From positions 1-36,826 of the forward strand of contig JBAXWY010000026.1 in assembly GCA_037128175.1 (NCBI GenBank): 36,826 nucleotides of DNA, written 5' to 3'. A model generated the notes under the pieces. The model searched no databases. It had not been told where the DNA came from and worked only from the letters and a program-made list of their open reading frames with translations. The translations under genes and the position numbers were made by a program. This document shows positions 1 through 10,902 of the stretch, in pieces (positions within the stretch are counted from its first letter, which is position 1; every line of letters starts with the position of its first letter). This DNA is from Methanothrix sp. GTDB lineage: Archaea > Halobacteriota > Methanosarcinia > Methanotrichales > Methanotrichaceae.

Positions 1-2932
1 CTACTGCATTGCGGTTAGCCACTACTACGCTTCCACCACCACCTTCGGCGCAGAAGTATTGGCCGTTATTGGCCCGTAGTGCAACATAGCCACCACCCAG
101 ATCAATAAGTCTGAACTTCTCCCATGCAGCTACAGCATTGCGATTGGCAACAACTCCCTGGCCGCCGCCAAACTCTGCGCATACGTACTGGCCGTTGGCA
201 GCTTTCAGTGATATGGAATTCGTGTACCTAATTTTCCTAAATTGTTCCCAAGAGCCAACTGCATCGCGGTTAGCCACTAATGCACTTCCACCACCACCTT
301 CGGCGCAGACGTATTGGCCGTTATTGGCCCGAAGAGCTATATTGTCATTTCCAATATCAATTACCCGGAAGGTCTCCCATGCACCTATTGCATTGCGGTT
401 AGCCACTACTCCGCTCCCCCCTCCACCTTCGGCGCAGACGTACTGGCCATTTGCAGCTCTAAGTGCAACCTGACTGTATCCTTCGGAAGACATTCCCAGA
501 TCTACGACGTCAAAGGTCTCCCAACCAGCTAGAGCATTACGGTTAGCCACTAATGCGCTTCCTCCACTACCTTCGGCACATATGTACTGGCCGTTGGCTG
601 CACGAAGTGCCATTTGAATCGGTGGAGTTACTTGATAAGCAAGTGCAACAGTCTCGGTGCCAACTTCCGAGGGCACGTTAAAGCCATATATCCTAAGTTG
701 GAGCCAGGCAGGCGAAGAGCCCGTATAGGTATATACAGCCTTCTCCCAGTTTTCAGAGACGGAAAATGATCCTGCTAATAAGTTGTCATGCTCATCAAGA
801 ATTGATATGTCAATGTCGCTGACGGATTTGGGCGTTGGAGTCGGTGGTAGATTTACATGCCTATTCCACACAATAGTAACTTTTATATTATCTCCAGGAT
901 TGACGCCAACATCATAGCCCACCGTAGAGCCATCGGTTATTGAGTTAATATTTACCCCATTTTTATCGGCCGTGGCCGCAGCTACGTGGGCATCTACATA
1001 ACCCGCACCAGATATGCGATCATTTCGAGCCACTGGTTTTTCGCCTGTGGTCTCATCAGCAGAGTTATAGATCACTGCCCTTATTGTCATGGGGCCGCCA
1101 TAAACAAAGGTTGGACCCGAAAGACGTTCGCTATACCGCCTTGCCCATTGATCAACCAGGAGGGCAGCCAAGCCTGATACATGTGGAGCTGCCATACTTG
1201 TGCCACTCTTCTCTACGAAATCCTGGTTAGACCCTTCCCAGAAAGCATTTGTGGACATTATACTTGTTCCGGGAGCTGCGACCTCGGGCTTAGTCCTTCC
1301 GTCCCCTGTATATCCTCGACTGCTAAAGGAGCTTACCTCATCGTCGAATCTTGTGTTTGTTTTTTTATCGTCGAAGCTGCCTACAGTTATGACGTTAAAT
1401 GCATCGCCAGGCACACTTAATGTATTGAAGCCATCTTCTCCATCATTACCTGCAGAGATCACGCTGGTAAGTCCTGCTTCAACATATGCATCAAATGTCT
1501 TTGAGATCTCGGAATTGCCATTGACATTAGCATTGTAATCCTGAGGTGGATCGTTCCCCGGAGGATACCAGCCATAACTATATTGCGCAATCTCCGACAT
1601 ATAGTTATATGAGTGCTGCAGAGCGCTAGCTGTGGCATCAAATGGCGACGACGCCCTTCCAGCTGCCGTCCTATATGCTACCTTTTCATTGAGCAACCTA
1701 ACTGTAGGAGAGACTCCAGGATATGTGCTGCTTCGACTTCCCACAATTCCTGCAACATGAGTCCCATGCCCCTGAAGGTCATCCGTTGTGGTTTCATGGT
1801 CGGAGACATAATTCCATGCCCCATAACAGGGAGTTGCAGGGTTAGTGCAGTCGATGCCACTATCAAGGATTGATACCTCATTTAAAAAAGGAGTATAAGT
1901 ATTCCCTTGCACAAATGGCCATACCCAATCGGCGTGTATTGCTCTTGTACTGACATCCAAATTCCCTGTCAGATTGAGGTTGGATTCGATGCTCTGAACC
2001 TCTGGATGGTTTGCGATCTCTTCGATATCCTTGACGTCAACTGCTGCAATAATGTGATTTCTGACTGTGCCCTTATATATTATATCAGCGTTGAGCGCAT
2101 CGAGCATGCTGATAACCTCGTTCTGACCATGATCCTTGTTGAAACTCTCTACGTTTGCGAGGACATCATTTCTGATCTTTGATTCAACCACCTTTGTCTT
2201 GTTTAGATCCCCAGAATAGAGTGTGTTATTGAGTTCATCGCTGAATTTCTCCTCCGAGGATATTACAGTGGCTCTGATGTTCGGCTGCTCCTTGAGAACG
2301 ATGATTACCGTCGCTCTCCCAAGTCCATTCTTGCTGATCGCTGATGAAAGTATTGGACTGACCTTTCCGGCATTCGATTGCTGCTGCAGCTCATAATTCC
2401 CTACATCATCCCATCCGCGGGATGCAGATCCAGTATCTGTTGATACTAAGTATGTATCTCCAATTCCTGGGCCCATCAGCTTTACATACCACCAGCTCTT
2501 ATCTGTATAGGCACTGTGGTAGATGCCTTCATCTAAGACTGCTATGCTGCTATTCGGCACCAAATTATTCTCTTGTCTAAAAACCTCCTTAGCGTTGTTG
2601 ACTGCTGATCTTGCGTTGACATTGAGGTTGACCTCTTCTGTGGAGAAATCTGGAAGGGGCTGCTCGAAATCAAGTGGGACGTGCCATTCTGATTTGCTTA
2701 GCGCCTCAGATTCATTTATTCTCACTAGAAAATTAGATGAATTTACATCTGATACATCCATTTCAGTAGATGCGATGTAGATTGCATTCGCGTTTTCGTT
2801 CGGCAAAGAAACATTGGACATGCTCGACGCAAGATCAGCCCCATTTGAAGATCCTGTTCCAAACATTAGCATTACGAGAATAATGACTAATGTGGATCTC
2901 CTCATTCTCTTCATTTTCGCCCCAATTTTCAT
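1..2932 (-). CDS. Secreted S8 subtilisin-like serine protease with C-terminal fascin-like beta-trefoil repeats (runs off left end)
   Basis: Not in the ORF track because no stop lies in the window. My minus-strand translation from ATG 2932 (alternative starts 2914/2905) gives signal peptide MKRMRRSTLVIILVMLMFG, a long pro-region, then catalytic Asp ILDSGID (~1851-1870), His HGTHVAGIVG (~1741-1770), oxyanion SAGND and Ser GTSMAAPHVSG (~1174-1204). A beta-sandwich-like region and at least 5 ANGQYxCAEG repeats follow (1..~618). Confidence 0.93.
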   Translation of the reverse strand, partial: MKIGAKMKRMRRSTLVIILVMLMFGTGSSNGADLASSMSNVSLPNENANAIYIASTEMDVSDVNSSNFLVRINESEALSKSEWHVPLDFEQPLPDFSTEEVNLNVNARSAVNNAKEVFRQENNLVPNSSIAVLDEGIYHSAYTDKSWWYVKLMGPGIGDTYLVSTDTGSASRGWDDVGNYELQQQSNAGKVSPILSSAISKNGLGRATVIIVLKEQPNIRATVISSEEKFSDELNNTLYSGDLNKTKVVESKIRNDVLANVESFNKDHGQNEVISMLDALNADIIYKGTVRNHIIAAVDVKDIEEIANHPEVQSIESNLNLTGNLDVSTRAIHADWVWPFVQGNTYTPFLNEVSILDSGIDCTNPATPCYGAWNYVSDHETTTDDLQGHGTHVAGIVGSRSSTYPGVSPTVRLLNEKVAYRTAAGRASSPFDATASALQHSYNYMSEIAQYSYGWYPPGNDPPQDYNANVNGNSEISKTFDAYVEAGLTSVISAGNDGEDGFNTLSVPGDAFNVITVGSFDDKKTNTRFDDEVSSFSSRGYTGDGRTKPEVAAPGTSIMSTNAFWEGSNQDFVEKSGTSMAAPHVSGLAALLVDQWARRYSERLSGPTFVYGGPMTIRAVIYNSADETTGEKPVARNDRISGAGYVDAHVAAATADKNGVNINSITDGSTVGYDVGVNPGDNIKVTIVWNRHVNLPPTPTPKSVSDIDISILDEHDNLLAGSFSVSENWEKAVYTYTGSSPAWLQLRIYGFNVPSEVGTETVALAYQVTPPIQMALRAANGQYICAEGSGGSALVANRNALAGWETFDVVDLGMSSEGYSQVALRAANGQYVCAEGGGGSGVVANRNAIGAWETFRVIDIGNDNIALRANNGQYVCAEGGGGSALVANRDAVGSWEQFRKIRYTNSISLKAANGQYVCAEFGGGQGVVANRNAVAAWEKFRLIDLGGGYVALRANNGQYFCAEGGGGSVVVANRNAV

Positions 2933-2956
2933 ATCTTAACTAATAATAATCTAATG

Positions 2957-2964
2957 TATTTAAA
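2957..2964 (-). promoter_or_regulatory. Archaeal TATA box candidate for S8 protease gene
   Basis: TTTAAATA on the minus strand, ~25 nt upstream of ATG 2932. Confidence 0.45.
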
Positions 2965-3163
2965 ATTTGTGCTTTATGTTCTTGAATCGGTTCCCATTTT
3001 TGTCATCTGGTGGGCGGTCGCAGATCGAGGCCTTGTGCGTGGCAGCATTATCGCCAATTTTAAAATCCAAGAGCAACGAAAATGTCCTTCTCGCCTCATT
3101 AATAGGGCTCTTGCACCATCATCAGCGTTGACAAGATGAAGGAATGGCGCATTTTGCTGTATT

Positions 3164-6100
3164 CTAACGTGGGATGAACTTAAACGTCTCCCATGCACCG
3201 ATCGCATCGCGGTTAGCCACGACTGCTCCGCCTCCGCTGCCTTCCGCACAGACATACTGGCCATTGGCGGCCTGGAGAGCCACGTTGCCGTTTCCTCTAT
3301 AGATAAGTCTGAATGTCTCCCAAGCAGCTATTGCATTGCGGTTGGCTACGACTGCTCCGCCTCCGCCGCCTTCCGCACAGACATACTGACCATTGGCGGC
3401 CTGAAGTGCCACGTTGCCGTTCCCCTGATCGATGAGTTTGAATGTCTCCCAAACAGCTATTGCGTCGCGGTTAGCTACGACTGCTCCGCCACCGCTGCCT
3501 TCTGCGCAGACATATTGGCCATTGGCAGCCTGAAGAGCTACTTTTGCAGGTCTTCGGATATCCATAAACCTGAATGTTTCCCAGCCACCTATCGCATTAC
3601 GGTTGGCTACGACTGCTCCGCCACCGCTGCCTTCTGCACAGACATATTGACCGTTGGCTGCCTGCAGCGCAAAATATCCGTTTCCTCGATCGATTAGGTT
3701 GAACGTCTCCCAGGCAGTTATTGCGTTGCGATTGGCTACGACTGCTCCGCCTCCGCCGCCTTCTGCACAGACATACTGACCATTTGCGGCCTGGAGAGCA
3801 TAATATCCGTTTCCTCGATCGAAGAGTTTGAATGTCTCCCATGCAGCTATTGCGGCACGGTTAGCTACAACTGCTCCGCCTCCGCTGCCTTCGGCACAGA
3901 AGAATTGGCCGTTGGATGCCATGAGTGCTACTGAATAAAACGCCACTGAATTTGAAGTAAATGTCTCCGTGCTGCTAGCCCAGCTTGATCCTGCAAAGTT
4001 CGAAGCAAAACATCGGTAGTAATATGTTTCTTCTGGGGCCAGGCCGCTGATATCTTTATAAAACGTCCCCGAAGACAATGTGCCAAGATTCTCATCATTA
4101 TCCCAGCTTTCTGAATTGACATCTCCGTCGTTGTCTCCCCAGTATACATGAACCGAGGGATTCGCGCCCCCTGTATCAGTTATCTCGCCGTTGAGTCTTG
4201 CATAGCTTGCTGTGATCTCCGTCGCCCCGATGGAGTTGGTAATTGTCGGTGAAGAAATGGGATTTTCCATACCAACCGACGGATCCCCATAAAGACAGAA
4301 GTCGTAGAAGTTCATCAGGACCTCAGTGTAGCCCCCCGGGCCGTACACGCCTGAGCTCTTCATCTCATACAGAGCATCGCCCGCGGCCAGTCCCTGGACC
4401 AGGCGCTTCATATATTCATAACCCATTCCTGCATTAGAGGAGCTGCCGGCAAAACTGCTCTGCCCGACATAATACCAGGAGACCCTTGTTGCGCCGGTGG
4501 TTGTGATGCCGCCGTTCTTCAAGATGGCATATTGCAGATTGCTGGAATATTCGGGATAGCCATTGGTGCAGGAGCACTGATAGGTATGCGATGGATGAGC
4601 ATTGTCAAGGCTTGGGGCATTGCTGCTGAGCATAAACGCGCCGTCGCTGCAGGATTCGTAGCCCACATAAGCTCCTTGGGAGTTTCCGTGACCCCACCAG
4701 GAGACTATTCCAAAGTCGCTATTTGCCCAGCGATTGGGCACCACGCTGCCACCCCTCAGATTCTCTTCGCTGCTAAATACAGAGTTTACAGTGCAGGATC
4801 CGGACGTCCCATGCTGATACATCCGCCAGTAAGTGTAGCCGTTAGGTGTGAGGTAGTAAGTCTTCATCTGCTCGCCAAGATATGCTCCGTCTGTTTTTGA
4901 ATCTGAGAAGCTCATGGGCAGCAGTGCGCTCTTGCGCCATTCTGTATCCGAGGATGTCTCGTAGTTTATGATCTTCTGCAGTATGCTGTCCAGAGTTGTA
5001 TAATCGGTGCCGTAAACTGGTATCCTGCCCACATAAACATCAGCAGCAAGATCAACACCACCGATCGTACTATAGTCCACCAATTCCCCGTAATAGCCGT
5101 TGCCGTTTTTGTCCCAGTTGCCGGTCAGATCAGCATAAAAGTAATCCGTAGGGCATTCCTCATAACTTCCCGTACCCCGCCTGGGCCAGCACATTTTCAT
5201 GGGAATGTCCGTCCCACCATTCTCATAAGGAGTTGGATTTCCGATCAGCAGCACATATTTTATGCCATTGGAGATGTAATTATTCATCAGCCACTGCCTT
5301 ATCTTCTCCGCCCTGTTGTTGGGGCTCTGGCCGGTCAGGCCATCGAAGTCATCTTCTGTGACCACCAGCACATCATATCCAAGATTTTGCTTGTGAGCAA
5401 TAAAGGAACTCAGCTTGCTGCTGCTAGATTCTATGGCATTGGTGGTTATTATGACATAATCTGATACAGATATCGTGCCAGGCTCCAATTTTGCCTTCTC
5501 TTTGGACACATACCCACCACTCATCTCATTATAGTTGAGGAACTTGGTAGCTGCAACATCATCAAGTACGGTATCTGCAAGGCTTGCTGCACGGCTAGGA
5601 GCTAATTCTTTCAGGTTATAGCTTATTTCTATTGTGACGTTTTCATGAAGAGTAAGCTTCTTTGTGACAGGATTGTACTGGAATGGTATGAAATTGACCG
5701 ATACATACTTCCACTTTCTCATTTGGGAGGTGGGCAGGAGGAGCACAAATTTCTCGGGATAATACGCATTGGCTTCGTAGGTGCTTATATTTATCATAAT
5801 CTCGGTTGCGGTCTCATTAGAATCCTGGGGCAGCCATTTGGGTGACGGCTTTATGTCGTATGTTCCATCCAGGACCTGTTTTTTTGCCGAGACTATCTTC
5901 AATTGCAGGCTTGAGTCATCGACATCTGCGGGGAGAAGGACATCAAAGGTCTTTTGAGGCAACATAGGGTCGCCGGTCTCAACTCTGTCCGAGAAACCGT
6001 CCATAACTATGACATCGTAGCCAAAATTATCTGGGGTAATATTATAAGTGCCTGCATTGAGGGCTACGGTTACATTACCCGCTGTAACAGCCAGGCCGCT

Positions 6101-6187
6101 CATGCTGCACAGAATAGTAATCATGCCGATCAACGCCAAATCAGCCCATATCTTTGGGCGATAAGAGCCTTTTTGAAGTAAAGCCAT
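3164..6187 (-). CDS. Secreted C25 (gingipain-family) cysteine peptidase with propeptide, Fn3/Ig-like domain and two fascin-like beta-trefoils
   Basis: N-terminal hydrophobic signal; propeptide motifs (GDPMLP, PFQYNPV); C25 motifs YVLLIG, PTDYFYADL, VGRIPV, catalytic His WWGHGN and Cys QCSCTNG, LYGDP; six NGQ(Y/F)xCAEG repeats at 3164-~3934. Confidence 0.92.
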   Translation of the reverse strand: MALLQKGSYRPKIWADLALIGMITILCSMSGLAVTAGNVTVALNAGTYNITPDNFGYDVIVMDGFSDRVETGDPMLPQKTFDVLLPADVDDSSLQLKIVSAKKQVLDGTYDIKPSPKWLPQDSNETATEIMINISTYEANAYYPEKFVLLLPTSQMRKWKYVSVNFIPFQYNPVTKKLTLHENVTIEISYNLKELAPSRAASLADTVLDDVAATKFLNYNEMSGGYVSKEKAKLEPGTISVSDYVIITTNAIESSSSKLSSFIAHKQNLGYDVLVVTEDDFDGLTGQSPNNRAEKIRQWLMNNYISNGIKYVLLIGNPTPYENGGTDIPMKMCWPRRGTGSYEECPTDYFYADLTGNWDKNGNGYYGELVDYSTIGGVDLAADVYVGRIPVYGTDYTTLDSILQKIINYETSSDTEWRKSALLPMSFSDSKTDGAYLGEQMKTYYLTPNGYTYWRMYQHGTSGSCTVNSVFSSEENLRGGSVVPNRWANSDFGIVSWWGHGNSQGAYVGYESCSDGAFMLSSNAPSLDNAHPSHTYQCSCTNGYPEYSSNLQYAILKNGGITTTGATRVSWYYVGQSSFAGSSSNAGMGYEYMKRLVQGLAAGDALYEMKSSGVYGPGGYTEVLMNFYDFCLYGDPSVGMENPISSPTITNSIGATEITASYARLNGEITDTGGANPSVHVYWGDNDGDVNSESWDNDENLGTLSSGTFYKDISGLAPEETYYYRCFASNFAGSSWASSTETFTSNSVAFYSVALMASNGQFFCAEGSGGGAVVANRAAIAAWETFKLFDRGNGYYALQAANGQYVCAEGGGGGAVVANRNAITAWETFNLIDRGNGYFALQAANGQYVCAEGSGGGAVVANRNAIGGWETFRFMDIRRPAKVALQAANGQYVCAEGSGGGAVVANRDAIAVWETFKLIDQGNGNVALQAANGQYVCAEGGGGGAVVANRNAIAAWETFRLIYRGNGNVALQAANGQYVCAEGSGGGAVVANRDAIGAWETFKFIPR

Positions 6188-6669
6188 TTTTGATCAGTAC
6201 CTATTTATTTACTTGCAACAGTGTTCTTGCCACCACTATTTAGCTATTTTGTTGGACTATGCCTGCCAAACGCCCCCCCCCGTTGTCTGTGATCCTGTAG
6301 ACGGGAATCTCGCCCTCGATCCTCATCAATACTAATATATGCATAAAAGTTTCTGATGTGAAGTATGCACTCTTTGTTAGGCTGGGCGTGTTAGAATTGG
6401 GAGGGATACTGGTGGTTTACGGAATAGGACGACAGAGTCACAGAGCGCACGGAGGACGAACGCACGGAGACGACTATTACTCAGAAGCGAGTATACTGTC
6501 ATCAAAATTTATTACGATTAGCCCTGTAAATTCTCTTCGCTTAATCGCATGCAGACCTACAAATGCCAACCGGCCTAAATGGTGCGGATTTTGGAGCAAA
6601 TGACGCGGGCCCGCCAGGCGAGCGCGTGCGTGCGAGCGCACGTGGGGATCAGGGATGGCAGAGCTCTAA

Positions 6670-7398
6670 TTAGATGCAAACCTGTTCCAGAGCGCGCAGA
6701 TTAAGAATTATTCTTTTCATATTCAGGTTACGACACTCTAACACTACTGTATCGCAATCTACGATATCTAGAAGTCCCATCAAATCGCCCTTCAATGGTT
6801 CCCTGTGCAGATCCTTCTCACCATCGTTCTCGTGGATATGTACCTCAAGGACGTTATCCTGGACCGTTCTAAGGAAATCACTTGCTTTAAAGCCGAGCCG
6901 GTTGGAAGCAATTTTCAGATGCCCCATATCCAGAAGCACCCCCACTTCCGGAAAGATATCTTGAAAATGAGCGAACTCCTCTGGCCGGGTCATCATGTAA
7001 GCCTCGTTTTTATGCTCAAGATTTTCCAGGGCGATCTTAACGCCTCTGCTCTTCGCATAGGCCACAATGCCCTCTATCGATCTCGTGAACTTGCCAAAAG
7101 CGGCATCGTAGGAAACAATATCTTCGCCAGCTATCTCAAAGTCCAAGCCCAGCGTCCTTAAAACCCTGAACCCCGGATGGAAGGAATAGAGCCTGCCGCC
7201 GAACTTATGGCAGAGATCTATCCCCCTCTTGCATACCGCAATGCTTCTCACCCTGAGGGGCTCGTCTTGGGCGGCCAGATTCAGGATAAACGGCTCTCTG
7301 GCTGGCGGGAAATAGTTGTGGATCGTGAGATTACATTCCGAGTACTTCTGCAGGATGCTCTTTGGCCACCCCAAATTCAGCAGATTTGTACCACTCAA
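6670..7398 (-). pseudogene. Sugar phosphate isomerase/epimerase (AP endonuclease 2 TIM barrel), probably 5'-truncated
   Basis: IHNYFPP..PFILNLA, YSFHPGF, ALENL, LLDMGHLKI, EVHIHENDG..DLH metal motifs. The ORF starts at a TTG 68 nt inside the uxs 3' end and appears to lack the first barrel strands. Confidence 0.6.
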
Positions 7399-8383
7399 TT
7401 GTTCTGGCCAGCCCGACCTCTAACGGCACCTTTGGCTCCCAGCCCAATATCTCCCGGGCCCTGGTAATGATTGGCTTCCTACGTAGTGGATCGTCCTTGG
7501 GCAGCTGATGGAAAGTTATCTCGGAACGAGACCCGGTTATCTCCAGGACCTTCTTTGCCATCTCAAGAACAGTCGTCTCCAAGTCATTGCCTATGTTCAC
7601 CACACTTCCTTTGGCTTCTTCTTTGGATGCCAGCTTTAGCAACCCTTCTATCTGATCTGTCAGGTAGGTGAAGCTGCGCGTCTGGCTTCCGTCCCCGAAG
7701 ACGGTTATTGGCCTGCCCTGCAAAGCCTGGTCTATGAATCTGGGAATGGCCCTGCCATAAATCCCGTCGAACCTCATTCGGGGGCCGTAGGTATTGAAAA
7801 TCCTGGCAATCCTGGTGTCCAGGCCATATTGGTTCTTGTAAGCGGTAACGTAGGCCTCCCCGCACCGTTTGGCCTCATCATAGCAGCCTCTGGGGCCGAT
7901 GGCATTGACATTTCCATAATAGCTTTCCGGTGTAGGCACCACCAGTGGATTGCCATAGGTCTCGCTGGTAGATGTATACAAAAGTCTGGCTTGGTTTTTC
8001 TTTGCGACCTCCAGCGAGTTCATCAGGCCGATGGTGTTGGCCTTGAGGATCTCAATAGGATAATGTTCGAACTCGAAGGGCGAGGCTCTGCTGGCCATGT
8101 GAACTACCAGATCAAGCTTCTCTTCGATGGCGATGGGCTCAGAGATATCGTGCTCTATGAACCGAAAATTTCCCAAATCCAGCAGATGGGCTATGTTCGA
8201 CTTCAGGCCGCTGGCCAGGTTATCGATACAGATGACTTCAGCTCCCTGAGAAACCAGGACATCGCACATCCAGGAGCCCAAAAAACCTGCGCCGCCGGTT
8301 ATTAGGACACACTGGCCTTCGAAGGTGTGAAATCCAATGCTCCTGTTTATTGCTTCTATATCTCTTTTATAGTCCCAAGTCAC
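7331..8383 (-). CDS. uxs: UDP-glucuronate decarboxylase (UDP-xylose synthase) family extended SDR
   Basis: GGAGFLG, ASRASP, TSETYG, GPRGCYDEAKR (YxxxK), RIFNTYGPRM, GDGSQTRSF, DDPLRRKP. The start overlaps the galU stop (GTGA). Confidence 0.9.
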   Translation of the reverse strand: MTWDYKRDIEAINRSIGFHTFEGQCVLITGGAGFLGSWMCDVLVSQGAEVICIDNLASGLKSNIAHLLDLGNFRFIEHDISEPIAIEEKLDLVVHMASRASPFEFEHYPIEILKANTIGLMNSLEVAKKNQARLLYTSTSETYGNPLVVPTPESYYGNVNAIGPRGCYDEAKRCGEAYVTAYKNQYGLDTRIARIFNTYGPRMRFDGIYGRAIPRFIDQALQGRPITVFGDGSQTRSFTYLTDQIEGLLKLASKEEAKGSVVNIGNDLETTVLEMAKKVLEITGSRSEITFHQLPKDDPLRRKPIITRAREILGWEPKVPLEVGLARTIEWYKSAEFGVAKEHPAEVLGM

Positions 8384-9270
8384 ATAGATCCACTCTCATT
8401 CGCAATCAATGTCTTCAGAAACGCATTGAGCTCCCCGGAAAACTCTTCTCGCTCGAGGCTTAGTTCAATGCTCGACTTCATCCAGCCGATCTTATCTCCG
8501 ATATCATAGCGCCGGCATTTTGTAGCCAGACCAATGGGTCCATCCAGTTTCCTCAGGGCATCAGTGAGCTGAATCTCACCGCCATGACCGGGAGGGGTAT
8601 CCTTCAGAAGATCGAAGATATCCGGAGTGAGGACATACCTTCCTATTGCTCCCAGGTTTGAGGGAGCATTTTCTGGTTTTGGTTTCTCTACAATATCTTG
8701 GATAGAGTAGGCACCACCCTCAAGCTCTCTTCCATCTATGATGCCGTAGTCCTTGATCTTCTCCCTGGCCACCGGCTCCACGGCTATGATCGACCTCTGA
8801 AACTTGATGAAAGCATCTATCATTTGACTGGTACAGGTTTTTTCTCCTTTTTGAGGTACGGTTATGGTATCGCCCAGCAGGACTGCGAAAGGCTCGCCGT
8901 CACAGTGCCTCTGTGCATGGAGTATGGCATCACCCAGGCCCTTTTGTTCCTTCTGGCGGATGTAATGGATGTCTACCATATTGGATAGGCTTTCCGTCTG
9001 CTCCCATAGTGCTTTATCGCCCTTCTGCTTCAGCTTCCATTCCAGCTCAAAACAGGTGTCGAAGTGATCCTCGATAGCTCTCTTGCTCCTGCCGGTTATT
9101 ATCAGGATGTCCTCTATGCCGGAGAGCACGGCTTCCTCTACTACATACTGAATGACCGGCTTGTCCACCACGGGCAGCATTTCTTTGGGCTGGGCCTTAG
9201 TAAGTGGCAGAAACCTCGTTCCAAGTCCTGCTGCGGGTATTACTACTTTCCTAACCTTTGCTTTTTCCAC
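8380..9270 (-). CDS. galU: UTP--glucose-1-phosphate uridylyltransferase
   Basis: VIPAAGLGTRFLPLTKAQPKEMLPVVDKP, IEDHFD, GLGDA, LLGD, VEKP, GEIQLTDA. Confidence 0.95.
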   Translation of the reverse strand: MEKAKVRKVVIPAAGLGTRFLPLTKAQPKEMLPVVDKPVIQYVVEEAVLSGIEDILIITGRSKRAIEDHFDTCFELEWKLKQKGDKALWEQTESLSNMVDIHYIRQKEQKGLGDAILHAQRHCDGEPFAVLLGDTITVPQKGEKTCTSQMIDAFIKFQRSIIAVEPVAREKIKDYGIIDGRELEGGAYSIQDIVEKPKPENAPSNLGAIGRYVLTPDIFDLLKDTPPGHGGEIQLTDALRKLDGPIGLATKCRRYDIGDKIGWMKSSIELSLEREEFSGELNAFLKTLIANESGSM

Positions 9271-9328
9271 TCGATTATCCCCTTTTTCGCCTCGATCGCT
9301 CGCTCCCTAGCATTCGTTTTTTGCACGG

Positions 9329-10603
9329 CTACCAGCAGATTCCTTCCGCATCCTTGCAAGAGAGAATCCTCCTTCCTTCAATGATAACCTTCAACCTCAT
9401 CAGCTCAAACTCCTTGTCCAGCAAGCTGAACTGGGGCCATTCGGTCATAACCAGGCAGGCGTCGGCCATATTCAGCGCCTGCGAGGCACTTATGCAATAT
9501 GTTATATCAGGAATAATCTTGCTCATGGAAGAATTGGCCAACGGATCGTAGGCTGCAACATTTGCTCCCTTCCGCTTCAGCTCCATGATCACAGGTATAG
9601 CCCTTGATTCCCGAGCATCATCCGTATCGTTCTTGAAGGCCAGCCCGATAACCGCAATTTTCTTTCCCTGCAGGTCTCCCACCTTTTTCTCCAGCAGCTT
9701 TATCATGCGCATGGGCTGTCGATCGTTGATCTCCACCACGGCATTGAGCAGCACCGGCTCTTCACCCACGTCCTTTGCCAGATGCACCAGGGCAGATACA
9801 TCCTTAGGAAAGCAGCTTCCACCGAAGCCGGCACCTGCGTTGAGGAAGTAGGGATTTATTCTGTGGTCTTGGCCTACACCATTCATTACCTCGTAGACGT
9901 CTATGCCCAAACGCTTGCAAATATTTCCGATCTCATTGGAGAAGGAGATCTTGGTGGCCAGGAAAGCGTTAGATGTGTACTTGATCATCTCGGCCGCCGT
10001 CAGACTGGTTCTGATCAATGGTGCTTGAAGGCCGCTGTAGACTTTCTCGAAGAGATCGCCTGCCTTCCCCTCTGAGCTTCCTATCACGATCCTATCCGGT
10101 TTCATAAAATCTTGGACTGCCAAACCTTCCCGAAGAAATTCCGGATTCATGACAAAACCGATATCATTTCCTTTACCCGAGTATTTCATCACAGTTGGCC
10201 TTACAAGATGTTCGGTTGTGCCTGGCGGAACAGTGCTTTTCACTGCGACAACGTGATATCCCTCGCTTTTTTGAAGAGCGATGCCTATCGACCTTGACGC
10301 AGAGGCTATCATGGTCAGGTCAGCGCTTCCATCTTGTGCCTGTGGAGTTCCGACACATATCAAGATAACCTCTGAATCCGGTATGCCCTCGTAGTCTGAG
10401 GTGGCCGTCAAATTCCTGCCCGCATGGGCCAAGAGAATTTCTTCCAGGCCGCTCTCGTATATGGTCGGTCTGCCCTGGTTGATGGCGTCGACTTTTGTTT
10501 GATCAATTTCTATAAGGTTGACAACATGGCCAAGCTGTGAAAAGCATACGGCAGAAACCAGGCCGACATATCCTCCGCCCACTACTGAGATATTCATCTG
10601 CAT
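9329..10603 (-). CDS. ugd: UDP-glucose 6-dehydrogenase
   Basis: GGGYVGL, ICVGTP, KSTVPPGT, NPEFLREG, catalytic GFGGSCFPKD, GLAFK. Confidence 0.93.
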   Translation of the reverse strand: MQMNISVVGGGYVGLVSAVCFSQLGHVVNLIEIDQTKVDAINQGRPTIYESGLEEILLAHAGRNLTATSDYEGIPDSEVILICVGTPQAQDGSADLTMIASASRSIGIALQKSEGYHVVAVKSTVPPGTTEHLVRPTVMKYSGKGNDIGFVMNPEFLREGLAVQDFMKPDRIVIGSSEGKAGDLFEKVYSGLQAPLIRTSLTAAEMIKYTSNAFLATKISFSNEIGNICKRLGIDVYEVMNGVGQDHRINPYFLNAGAGFGGSCFPKDVSALVHLAKDVGEEPVLLNAVVEINDRQPMRMIKLLEKKVGDLQGKKIAVIGLAFKNDTDDARESRAIPVIMELKRKGANVAAYDPLANSSMSKIIPDITYCISASQALNMADACLVMTEWPQFSLLDKEFELMRLKVIIEGRRILSCKDAEGICW

Positions 10604-10863
10604 CCTTTGTGACCCTTCAATGACTAAGATACAATTTTACTTAATGAACTTTCCTCTCGGCAAAAATTTGACGGTCCTCTTTGGTAGGAACTATGACGCA
10701 TCCGGGATGGGCCTTGTTGGCAGGAATTTTTTGAAACTAATTGGTGAAGTAGTCGAGGGGGTCTCGTGGTCGACATTCGGAACCATTCGGACTAAACAAT
10801 GTTCTGTGGCATAACGTCAAAGGTCAGAGGAGGGCAGTATTTGGATTTAGGGTCTACCAAACT

Positions 10864-10878
10864 CTTAAATATTTAAAA
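10864..10878. promoter_or_regulatory. TATA box candidate, readable on both strands, upstream of C1 protease gene
   Basis: CTTAAATATTTAAAA ~25-39 nt upstream of ATG 10903; GGGGTGG RBS-like element just before the start. Confidence 0.45.
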
Positions 10879-10902
10879 AGTATCGATTTATGGGGTGGTA
10901 AT

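Noticed and set aside
3164-3934. Regularly spaced ~126-bp repeats as a CRISPR array
   Set aside because: They are in-frame coding repeats with synonymous variation, no unique spacers and no cas genes.
6358-6660. 81-aa ORF and GC-rich short repeats (GCACGGAG twice, GCGCGTGCGTGCGAGCGC)
   Set aside because: No recognisable motif; cannot be distinguished from degraded intergenic sequence.
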